DNA of 64,000 nt from Epiperipatus broadwayi. Taxonomy: Eukaryota > Animalia > Onychophora. The DNA lies in the NCBI GenBank assembly GCA_028023455.1, contig JAQFVV010000005.1, forward strand, positions 21,700,001 to 21,764,000, read 5' to 3'. Shown here piece by piece: positions 25,104-36,100 of this stretch (position 1 is the first letter of the stretch; each line of letters starts with the position of its first letter). Under the pieces are notes generated by a model. It did no database searches, was not told where the DNA came from, and saw only the letters and a list, made by a program, of their open reading frames with translations. A program made the translations under genes and the position numbers.

Positions 25104-25343
25104 ATAATTATTATTAAACAGGCAAAACTCTCTATACAGTAGTGCCACTCAGCGCAAGCCAGAGTAATCAATGGATGCCAGAATGTTTGTGCATAAAATC
25201 CCTTTCTACTAGTCAGGGAATATTGGATGAGTAGGCACTAGATAGGGATTTTATGCACAAGCCTTCTGGCATCCATTGATTACTCTGGCTTGCACTGAAT
25301 GGCACTACTGTATAGAGAGTTTTGCCTGTTTAATAATAATTAT
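25104..25343. repeat. Fold-back copy (100-bp arms) of the 454-nt family, truncated at the ribozyme
   Basis: 25104-25203 is the reverse complement of 25244-25343. The spacer begins ...CTACTAGTCAGGGAATATTGG. Confidence 0.9.
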
Positions 25344-26358
25344 TAGATTCATTCAAAAGATGGTCAAGGTTTGTAAGTTTAGAATCAAGACAGGGTTGCA
25401 TATACTGACAAATAAAAGGAACAAATATCCATTTATCATATTTTTCCAAATGAGTTGGCTAAAAATCAACTACTTGACTACAATGTAAACTTGCTTGGAA
25501 AGTATTCAATTGCCTAAAAAAAATTTGACAAATCATGTCAGAGAAACATTCTACATGGCTCTTTTGGTTGTTAGGAACTGGTGTAAGGTTAGGGCAAGCC
25601 TTCAAGAATGATAATTGGGAGGGGGGGGGTATCATATAGGCATAATTACTTTTTGTTTTCTTTGGAATTGTAAAATCTTTTCCAGATGCATTAAAGCCTG
25701 GACTGGTGATGTCATTAAAAAAAGATGAAAATGATATGATGTGATTTTTTTTAATAATTTAATAAATAAAAAATTTATTACAACCAAAAAGCATCAGCTC
25801 TCCATTAAAAGACAAAGCAATTAAAATGTTCAGATACCTAGATTTATTGTAGGACTTTTTTTTTGGAAGGAAAAAGGAATTTATTTATATTAATACTCAG
25901 ATTACCAACTGATCTTTGCATGAGCACATATACAATATATATGAATACTTCAATTCTGTTATTCATTCATAATCCAGTTAATAATGTAACTAAATGCAAA
26001 ATGTTATGGCGTCAAACCATTTAACATAAATTGAGAGTTGTATTTCATTAATTGTTCATATTTCATTAATTACTATATTTTATTAATATAATTTAATTCA
26101 ATATTTACAGACAAAATTTTAAAAACAACATTCATTATCAATTAGCAAACATTCGTAAGTGCTACAATCCTAATTCCAGAATTAAAAAAAAAAAACCAAG
26201 AAGACAAAAAATAAAAATTCACACTTCCCTTACTGTTTATTCCAGACCTATCATTTTTAATTTCTTCTAAAAACTTTTCTTTACTCTTCATAGGTAAATA
26301 TAACTGCTTAGCAAACTTATCCTAGATTAGGATTTATGTTAGTCAAATACATGCTTTA

Positions 26359-26468
26359 GTCTTGCATTGGTGGTCGAGAGGTCAGCGCGACTGCCTTGCA
26401 CTAGCAGGCAGTTGCCCGGGTTGCGGGTTCGCGTCCCGGCCGATGCTATGACACTTAAAAAAATATAA
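26359..26468 (+). mobile_element. tRNA-Gly-derived short SINE with a 14-bp TSD
   Basis: GCATTGGTGGT...CTGCCTTGCA...GGGTTCGCGTCCCGGCCGATGC resembles eukaryotic tRNA-Gly(TCC). A-rich tail. AAATACATGCTTTA at 26345-26358 and 26469-26482. Confidence 0.85.
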
Positions 26469-27789
26469 AAATACATGCTTTACCCAGTTTAGTCATTTTT
26501 AATGTGACATTTGAAGTAAGAAGTTTACACCAAGAAAGGAATGTTGCAAAACATAACATTCACAACAAAATATATGGTAATTGAGAGAGCGATAAAACAA
26601 TGCTGAAAGAATTTTTAAATAATACAATATTCGATGTATAATCTTTTCAGTTTTATTTATATATTTAATAAATAATAAAACATTAAATTGAGCCCATTAA
26701 TTATATAACACATTATATTTCATTTATAAAAACTTAAAGAATATTGAACTTTTACAAATCAATTTAGTCTGAATAATAAATTAAATTGATGATTGCAGCA
26801 GTAGCAGATAAAATATTTCTATCTTTATAAAATTTTTGCAAATACATGTTTTAAATAAAAATCCATATTTATTTATTCATACTAACATTCTATTCATATT
26901 AATATACAACATACTTTTTAAATGCCCTTATGTTGATAAAAGAGCATTCACAGCTATATTATTTAGAATGATTGATGAATCTAGTTCGCATACTATTAAA
27001 AGTGACAAAATATAATCGATATAAAGTATTTACCATCTAATGCAGAGCATCAAAAATCTCATTCAAAAATTTATGTTTATGACAATTCATCTTTGTAAAA
27101 TTCTATGCTAATTTTTAAATTATTTCAATAAAATTCTGTAATAATCAATTTTCTACTAATTTGTTCTCTATTACAAAACTATTTGGCCTATCAGTAATAT
27201 ACACACTTAAAAAGGTTAGCCACCACTGTTCTAGTGTCCAGTGACGACACAAACTTACAGTAAATGGTTCTAGGGCATGATGTAGAGAACTTTTCTCAGG
27301 AGAATATCAGCTAGCTGAAAATAGAAGCCACATCTTGTAATTAACCTACAAATCACATTTTGTCGATCAATTAAGAACTTTTTAAATTATTTATAGAATG
27401 AAAAGTCCAGAACTCAAAATAAAAAAACATATACATAGGAAAACTAAATTTCTGAGTGAAGATCATTAAACAAAAAATATATTTTTAATTGGAAACAAGA
27501 GTTGGAAGAGGGGAGGCAAATATAAAATACACTTTTTCCTTTAATTATACAATAATGAATCATGCATAAAGTAATTTTAATTGTTTTTAATAAACCAAAT
27601 GGTGTTTCTAACTTTTTGATGACCAGAGACGTCAGTCTACTTTGCTCCAATAGATATTGAATCACAGAAAAGCATGGCATGGAGATATTAATGGAAAATG
27701 AGAAATAATTTAGGAATGTGTTTATAGTGTATTATTATAAATAATCAAACGTTTTATTACTCGTAAATTCATAAGATGTTCAAATGCCA

Positions 27790-27870
27790 GATGTGATAGA
27801 GCGGAACCGATCCATCGACCTAGAACTTTAGAATCTGCCATTCTATCCCAACACTAAAGCATACAAAGTA
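27790..27870 (-). mobile_element. Second tRNA-like SINE family, copy 1
   Basis: GATAGAATGGCAGATTCTAAAGTTCTAGGTCGATGGATCGGTTCCGCTCTATCACATC; shares its 3' end with 52596-52675. Confidence 0.5.
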
Positions 27871-28406
27871 TATATTACTATTAAACAGAAATTTTAAAAA
27901 AAATTAATTTAAGCAATCAGCAAGACAACAAAATTGTGGCTCTAACCAAAAAAAAAAAAAAAGGTGCAAGAAGATGGAGGCAGAAAGAATAGTCCATGAT
28001 ACAAATTTTGAAATCAAATACAACACCACCCCCCCCCATCTCATGCTTTATTAAACAATAAAAATAAAATGGCAAAGTTATCAGCATTATTAATACCATA
28101 GAGTTTTAAATTAGCCTATAGTTAACGGTTTCGGCTCCATGAACTGCTTTCTTCAGATTCTTTAAAAACTCAAAGCGAATCAGCATACTTTATTGAATTA
28201 TTATTCTCTTCACACAACTTCTCATTATTTAATAACCAAGTTGAATTAATTGTTTCTGTCAAAGTCGTTCGCTTAATATTTACACTAGGAAAGAGCAGCA
28301 TACATGTTTTATTTAATTCCTGAATTATGAATCTATATGCACTTATTTTTCAACCAATAAAACATAGATTCTATTTTATAACGATTATAAGTAAATAAGA
28401 GCTTAC

Positions 28407-28488
28407 CGTTGAACATCTGTTAAAAGCCACCAAGCCCATGCCCAGCCGCCAACAACTGTTTTCTTATTCGCAGAACCACAACAGCCAC
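28407..28488 (-). CDS. FLOT2: Flotillin-2 coding exon 2
   Basis: (G)GCCGSANKKTVVGGWAWAWWLLTDVQ(R), the flotillin-2 GCCG...GGWAWAWW motif. tttttatag acceptor, gtaagc donor; 82 bp. Not in the ORF track. Confidence 0.95.
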
Positions 28489-29116
28489 CTATAAAAACAC
28501 CAATAAAAAATTAAGGATTTACAATTTAAAAATTCAGTTGAAATAAAGCATACTAATAGTATTATCTCTTGTATTTTCTCTGATTTCTACTACTACTTTA
28601 ATTCCACTTCATTAAAACAATACCCCACCATTTTTTCTTATTCCTTTCTCTTTCTTCTTCCAGAAGCACAGTTCCTGAGTTTCTATACTTGTACACAAAA
28701 TATTGTTCTATCATTTCCAGCACATTAAAAGTTCATTATAAACATGTCTAGCAAATGAAAAAAAAAACTTTATTTATGAAGATTACTTTGCTACATAAAC
28801 AAAGCTTAACGGTTATTTTTCATTATCTCTTAATTACTTCTATTCTTTATAAACTTAAACCTTATTTTTATTATCACCTCAATAAATCATTTAATTTTAG
28901 ATTCATATAATTGTCATTTTAACAGTAATTCCTTTAATAATATTCTTTTTAATTTTTAAATCATATAATATCTATTATTTCCTTACTCTTTCTTCTGTTA
29001 AAACTAATATTTTATATTTATTATTATTTTTTTAATACTTAGAACCTATAAAAATTGTAATCTTTTAAACTCACCCAAATTTACTTTAACCTTTCTAAAA
29101 AAACGTTTTTCTTTTT

Positions 29117-29750
29117 TGTGATGTGATGCACTGTGACTTCTCCTTATATGGAGTCACGAATCTCTCAGCAACTATGCCCAGAGAAACCTGTTAGCCACTT
29201 TGACTTCCCTTTCCATTCCCCATCCCAAGTTTTCCCATATTTTTCTCTATCCTGCTCAATCCCATTTCCACAACACAATCTTTGTCAACTCCATGTCCTT
29301 TATATCTAAAATCCCCTTATCTTTTCCCAAACCCAACATAAAAACCAATAAGCCACTTTCTGTGTAATCACTTTGTTCATATTTATTCTTCCACAACTTC
29401 ATTATTTGTACCCTTTCTGCTTTCAGACATTTACATTCAATTAACAGATGCCTAATATTTTCTATGCCTTCCTTACACAACTTGCAGACTAAATCACCCA
29501 TATTTTTCCATTTACGTGTATATTCCCTTGTTGCTAAAGATCCAGTTCGAGCTTTAAACCGTGCTATTATCATAAATTAACTCACAACCAATATTTCGTT
29601 TACTTCTATAAATATTTAAACTCATTATACTCTCCATACTAGCTCTCCAATTCTCTATTCTTTATTAATGCATCTATTCTTCTATCTCATTCCTTAACAC
29701 TATAACACTCAGCAATTCTCCTAACATATTCATCCCATCTTTTATACAAG
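29117..29750 (-). mobile_element. 3' fragment of the LINE family at 3180-8095
   Basis: Reverse complement of 7480-8095; ORF LVCKLCKEGIENIRHLLIECKCL. Confidence 0.9.
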
Positions 29751-31679
29751 TATATTGACATAATTTTTTTTTTTTTTAATCTTAAACCCTAGTTCCCTCT
29801 ATTACATATTATTTAAATTAAATATATATATATGAACTAAAACTTTATATATATATATTATTTATTTATACACTTTAACTTTCATTATTATATAATTCTC
29901 TTATAAACTTATATTATACTGCTTACTATGCTAAATTTTCCCTAATATTTAATATCTATAAACATACTCATGTTTATACTCCTATGTACATTAAAAAGCC
30001 AAAAAATATTTGTTTTCTTCAACCACAATTGAGGTTTTTATATTCAACTTGAAATAAAAGCATGGAATATTCAGAAAAAAATGATTGAATTAATTAATTT
30101 CTGGACACTAAATCCCAATTGTTACTGAAAAAAAAAGCAATTTTTGTTTTTTAGTGCACAATAAATAAAAGCATTTATTATAAAATATTTGTTACATATA
30201 TTATTTTTAACTTTTTAGTATTATTTTTTCCCTTATTATTCCAATTTTAATTAAAACAAATAATAAAAACAATGTTGCAATCCGAAATAAAATTCTCATG
30301 CATTAAAAATTAGGTCATATGACATCTGACTTGATTTTTTATCAAATTAAAAATTATTTATGGTTAACACTTTATTCAGTCACAAAAGGTAAAATTAAAT
30401 TAGTAATGAAAAGAAAAAAATTGAAAGTAAAGTTAGCTGTAATGTATGCAAAAGCACACACACATACATACAAAGATAGACACACATACATAAACTAGAA
30501 TGTAAAACAAATATTCAATACATCTGTAAATAATATTGAAAATGTCCTGTATAAATTTTATTTTCAATAACTTTATAGGAAATAAATATATATATATGGT
30601 AAATGGCGTGTGCACATGTTTAAAGTGAATATTCAATTACATCTTGAACAAATATTACTGAAAAATTGTTTCATTTTATTCATCTTTGGGTGAATTATCT
30701 TTTACGTACAAGTTTCTATGACAATTATTATAAATAAAAATGCTATAGTTATTTAATTAAAGAATTTTTTCTATTTTTATTTTATATACCTTTTTTTATA
30801 TAAGACTTAAATAATTCCCACCAAAGCAATCCGGACTTCCTGATTATCTCATGTGCTATTCAAAATTCTTAAGATCCCAATATTATGAAAGGACTGGTTT
30901 CTTTCGAGATAAGAATTCAACCCACCATAAAACATTTTTTGTTACATTATTAATACATGTTTTTTATGACTATTTGTTTTTTCTCTGGTAGTGCTATTTT
31001 TTAATAAATTTATCTAGCTCTGGCAACTTTAATTAATTTTGTAAGTAGTATGTACACTACACCACACATAGATAGATAAGGCAAAGACATGGATATATAG
31101 TGTATTTTATTTTGAAAATATTCCTAAATTGAGCAATTATTTTGAGAATTTTAATTTTATACTTGATTAACAAATAACAATTAACTTACATCTTTATGAG
31201 CCAAATTTAAACTGGATAATAAAGTATGATCACGAAAATGGCAGAGTATAATAAAATTTTCTTTCAAATCTTAACTGAGTGTAACAGCACTCCTCTTAAT
31301 GAAATTATCATTACTAGGTAATCTGTATGTTATAATAAATTAAACTAGATAAATATGAGGTCTCTTCTAGTTTATACTTTCAAATTTAAAGTGACAGTTA
31401 ATTTGGCTATGTGCGCAAATTGATAATGAAACTTTATTGTTTTTGTTTTCACATTCATCAATACAATTAATTTAATGCAATTAACATGAGATTTGGTATT
31501 CCACTGCATCTTTATGTCTTTCTACTATTATAATATATCTGAAAATAAGTCTCTTGTATATGTGGTTAAAACAAGCAAAACTATCCATACCGTATTGCCA
31601 CACAGTGCAAGCCAGAGTAATCAACAGATGCCAGAAGGTTTATGCATACAATCCCTATCTAGTGCCTACTCATCCAATA

Positions 31680-31721
31680 TCCCCAGACTAATTTCTGGCT
31701 TTTGGCCTTCGTCAGTGAGGA
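31680..31721 (-). ncRNA. Minimal type I hammerhead motif
   Basis: TCCTCA CTGACGA A GGC(CAAAA)GCC A GAAA TTAG TC/TGGGGA. Confidence 0.65.
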
Positions 31722-31775
31722 GCCTTGAATCTAAGAGCACTGCACCTAGATCTTAGGATCTCTTAGATCCAAGGT

Positions 31776-31817
31776 TCCTCACTGACGAAGGCCACAAGCC
31801 AGAAACTAGTCTGGGGA
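31776..31817 (+). ncRNA. Minimal type I hammerhead motif
   Basis: TCCTCA CTGACGA A GGC(CACAA)GCC A GAAA CTAG TC/TGGGGA. Predicted cleavage after C31811. Confidence 0.75.
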
Positions 31818-32599
31818 TATTGGATGAATGGCAAACTAGATGAGGATTTTATGCACAAGCCTTCTGGCATCCATTGATTACTCTGGCTTGCACTGAGTGG
31901 CAATATGGTATGGATAGTTTTGCCTGTTTTAATAACTGTAAAAGCAAGCATAAGAAATGGTGATCATGTGATGTATATGTGGTTATTTGCTATTATTATT
32001 ATTATACAAATATTTTGGTTGGAATTCATCTGCCAATAACTAGTAGTATAAGCAAGTAGACATTGTTTAGAAACATAGATAACTACTCAGATATTGGAAG
32101 GTAGAATCCAACTAAAATTATAGTGTTGTAATTATAATAAGCATCCATACATATAGAAGAACCTGAAAACTATTCATATCTTTTGTGTGTAAAAACATTA
32201 TTTTAAAACATATACATGTTACATTTATTCTCTACCTATAGATAGGTTTAGATGTTAAACAATAATATATTAAACCAAAAGAAACATATACCATTACTGG
32301 TGATAAAATATATTAAATTTCACACCCATGTATACATTAGATTAAATAGTTTTATTATATTCTTTAACCATTAAATATTAATTAAACTATATGAATGCTT
32401 TCACAACTGTCATGTAAATATCAATTAAAGCATTTCCAAATTATTCTTCACATGACCACCATCTCTTATGCTGGTGTATAACTGTTGTTAAAACAGGCAA
32501 AACTCACTATACGTATGTCACACACAGCAAGATAGAGTAATCAATGGATGCCAGAAGGCTTGTGCATAAAATTCCCATCTAGTGCCTACTCATCCAATA

Positions 32600-32641
32600 T
32601 CCCCAGATGAGTTTCTGGCTTGTGGACTTCGTCAGTGAGAA
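32600..32641 (-). ncRNA. Mutated hammerhead motif (likely inactive)
   Basis: CTGACGA A GTC(CACAA)GCC A GAAA CTCA TC; mismatches in helices II and III. Confidence 0.5.
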
Positions 32642-33116
32642 GCCTTAGATCTGAGAGTACTGCATCTAGATCTTAGGATCTAATGCAACCCTCCAGCAAC
32701 CACCTTTTATCTCCATTTAACTACAAAACTATGAGTCTTAAACTGAAAACACTTTAATGTTTCCAATTCAAGCCCACCAGCTTATATAGTTATATGGGTC
32801 TGAACCCAGTTCAGTTCCCATACATTTTGATGTCTTTGGTCCTTTAATAACCATAGCCACCAATATCCTATTAGGCAGGATTGGTTTTAAGCCAATAAAC
32901 ATCACATGACCACCATCTCTTATGCTTGTGTATAACTGTTGTTAAAACAGGCAAAATTCACTATACGTATGCCACACACAGCAAGCTTGAATTGGAAATA
33001 TTAAAGTGTTTTCAGTTTAAGACTCATAGTTTTGTAGTTAAATGGAGATAAAAGGTGGTTGCTGGAGGGTTGCATTAGATCCTAAGATCTAGATGCAGTG
33101 CTCTCAGATCCAAGGC

Positions 33117-33158
33117 TCCTCACTGACGAAGGCCACAAGCCAGAAACTAGTCTGGGGA
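33117..33158 (+). ncRNA. Minimal type I hammerhead motif
   Basis: Identical to 31776-31817. Predicted cleavage after C33152. Confidence 0.75.
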
Positions 33159-36100
33159 TATTGGATGAGTAGGCACTAGATGGGGATTTTATGCACAAGC
33201 CTTCTGGCATCCATTGATTACTCTAGCTTGCTGTGTGTGGCATACGTATAGTGAGTTTTGCCTGTTTTAGCAAATTATTCTTGTTAACAAATACTTTATA
33301 TCTATGTGTGTGTATATGTGAAAATGTTAAATGTATATAAAACTCAATTACAACTGTAAAATTTGGTTAAGCAATCATCAATGGTAAGTTAACAATTGTT
33401 TAAATGCTTCTTATTCATATTAATATCTCAAGTTTAAAATTACTTTGTAAAATACAGCTTGGTATTTATATAGAAAGATGCTTAATAGGTCGCATTGGAA
33501 TCTATCAGCGGGCTTGCTACCAGCTCAACATGGTATTGTAGACTATAAAAAAATGTCTTGGAAGAACTGACTGGCTGATTATGTTAAGAAATAACATATT
33601 CGATGAATTCTTATTTTTCTATTAAAAATTCTTTTCAAATAAAGTGGCATATTTCCTTTTAATAATAAATTGCTTCTACCTAAACTATTCTACCCAAATT
33701 TAATTCCATGATTAATTTCATTCATACCAAACTTCATTTGCTTTTTTTAAAAAAAATGTCTATGCTAATACTATTTAACTGGAAAATGTCACATCAGTAC
33801 ATTTTCGATATCAATGCTGTATATACATGCCTACAATTGTTGTATCTCCTTGACAACAGATTGCTGATATTCCATTAGTTTCTTTTAAGTGCGAGAGCTG
33901 CGATATAATTTATATAGAAAGAATTTCATTTTAAACAAATGCTATACATTGCACACATAAACGTATCTGTATTTATCTCACGTTAATGCTATATACAGAT
34001 ATCTTTGTTTCAGTATATTTATTAATATTTCCACATTTGTGATTAAATTACGATAAAAAAAGTAGTTACATGTAAATTCAAATAAAACCGACTGAAAGAA
34101 CAAGATCAATAAACGCAAAGCGATCTAAAAATAAACATTAACTAACTATAATTCAAGGTCACCAAATGTGACAAAAAAATTTTTTTAAGAGAATTACGAG
34201 ATAAAAGCTTTACCAGTATTTTTTTAAAAAAAATTATTACTGACAATTTCTATTAATTATTAAAACCACACTAGGGGATATGTAATATATCCAAGACATG
34301 TATCAAAATACTAAATATATTCAACGATTCATCAAATATATACAATAGTAATTGGCTTCAATATGCAGTCCCAGACATCTATTTGCAAGTTATAATATAT
34401 AAATATGTTTATCATGTGTTTTTTTTTTTCTATGTTGAGTAGAAGTTTTAATTTGAATATTAAATATAATCATGGTAATATAGAGAAAACTGACGATACA
34501 TCTCTAAAGATTCATCTGACAACTTTCCGGTTCCGGGCAAAATATTATAAAAGAAAGTGATTGGTGGTTTTCTTTATGTATTGATAAGTGATTAGATGTT
34601 TATTCATTTATACATTTGTGATGAAACAACTTTATTATTATTTATGTGGTAATATTTAAAAAATTAAAATTATACAAAAATATATTTATTCATCACTGTC
34701 TGGAAGTATAAAAAAAAATATGGAGAAAAAGAATTATAGTTTGTTAACAAAGAATATATTGAAAAACGTAGAAAGATTATAAAAGTGATGTGTTAAAGAC
34801 GCTTACAAGCCTTTAATGTTAATCATAAAAGAAAGATGAAGTTTAATGAAAAATTAATTATTGGTCATTATTATTATTTATATACAGTATATATATTTAA
34901 AAAGTATTTACAAAAAAAAAGAAATTATTAATTAAGATTATATTGAAAAAACAGGAGAAGGAAAGAACTAATAAGCCACTGTGTTAATTGAAAAATATTA
35001 AGCAATAATAAACGAAATGTAGAGCTTTAACTGAATAAAAAAAAATAAAAACAATGTGAATTGATAAAATTCTACTTAAATTAGTAAAGACTATGAGAGA
35101 ACTGGATTTGAACACAGCTAATATTAGAATATAATTTAAGATTCAAGAAAAAGGATTTTATTTACTTCCATCAATAACTGATTCCATCATGATGAAAAAT
35201 CCAATGCAGTAAATATAATTTGATAATTATTAGTTTTATTTACTTATTTTTAGCTATAGGAAAAATAGTATTTGTGTGCATATTCTTTGCCAAAATAGAC
35301 AGGTTGTATTATAAAGCAACAGAATACTATAATCTTTAGTTTAACTCTGTATGTCATTAAGGTGTTACTTAATATCTTGATTTTAAAAAAGCATTCCTAA
35401 TGTATTAACGTTTGTCGCCAAACAATGGTCCGTGAGAAAATTTTGGCAGTCTGCAGAAAAATCTGGACATTTTTTGCACTTTTTATGAATTATTAATAAT
35501 AAAACAAAAATAATATTCTAAGAAATTTGTATATTCTAAATGACAATTTTCATCTTTATACTGCACTAAATTCACAAAATGTACAAGAGAGGGGGGAAAC
35601 AAGAAAGGTGCAATAATGCTGAAACAGCTTCAGTATTGTTGCAACCATTATAACAATCACTCTGCTCTGCGAATACCAAATCTCAACCGATTATTTTATT
35701 TTATTTATTTCTTAGATATTCTTTTTAGGTAAGTATGACTTTAATTGTGTATTTTCTTTAACTGTTATATCTAATGGTATCAAATAGTTTGGAGACTTTG
35801 ATAATTATCACTTCTTGTTTGGTTTTAGATTCGAATGAAATAAATCCATAATGAGTGAAAAAGCAATGAAAATTTTGATTTAATTTTCAACAAAATATTT
35901 GTGTGAAAAGACATTTTCATCTGTCACAGAATTAAAACTAGGTACTAATCTCAGCTTGAAATAAATACAGCTAGCTCTCTGTCTTACAATAACATCATTG
36001 GAACTAATAATCCATAAGCTTATTTTAAACAAGCAGGAACAAATATCACACTAAAAATGTGTAATTCGTAAATAAGCTTCAATTATTTTGTAATAATTAA

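Larger units (their letters stand above)
31566..31975. repeat. Fold-back copy (~172-bp arms) of the 454-nt family, one hammerhead per strand
   Basis: 31566-31737 versus 31760-31932, 22-nt spacer; junction motif ATGGTGATCATGTGA at ~31957-31971. Confidence 0.92.
32448..33273. mobile_element. Partial-tandem plus inverted insertion of the 454-nt hammerhead family
   Basis: Direct repeat 32448-32531 / 32902-32985 (period 454). Inverted arms 32480-32773 / 32983-33273 (~290 bp). Confidence 0.92.

Noticed and set aside
26359-26468. Functional tRNA gene
   Set aside because: Insertions break the cloverleaf, and it has an A-tail and TSD, so it is called a SINE.
31493-31951. Mirror ORFs 31493-31756 (+) and 31763-31951 (-)
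   Set aside because: Artefacts of the non-coding palindrome; no protein motif.
32290-32330. ATGGGT start with a nearby GT as FLOT2 exon 1
   Set aside because: In-frame stop after 11 codons and no similarity.
35716-35734. Plus-strand 13-nt micro-exon-like signal (cttag...TAG/gtaagt)
   Set aside because: No partner exons or coding support found; such signals arise by chance.
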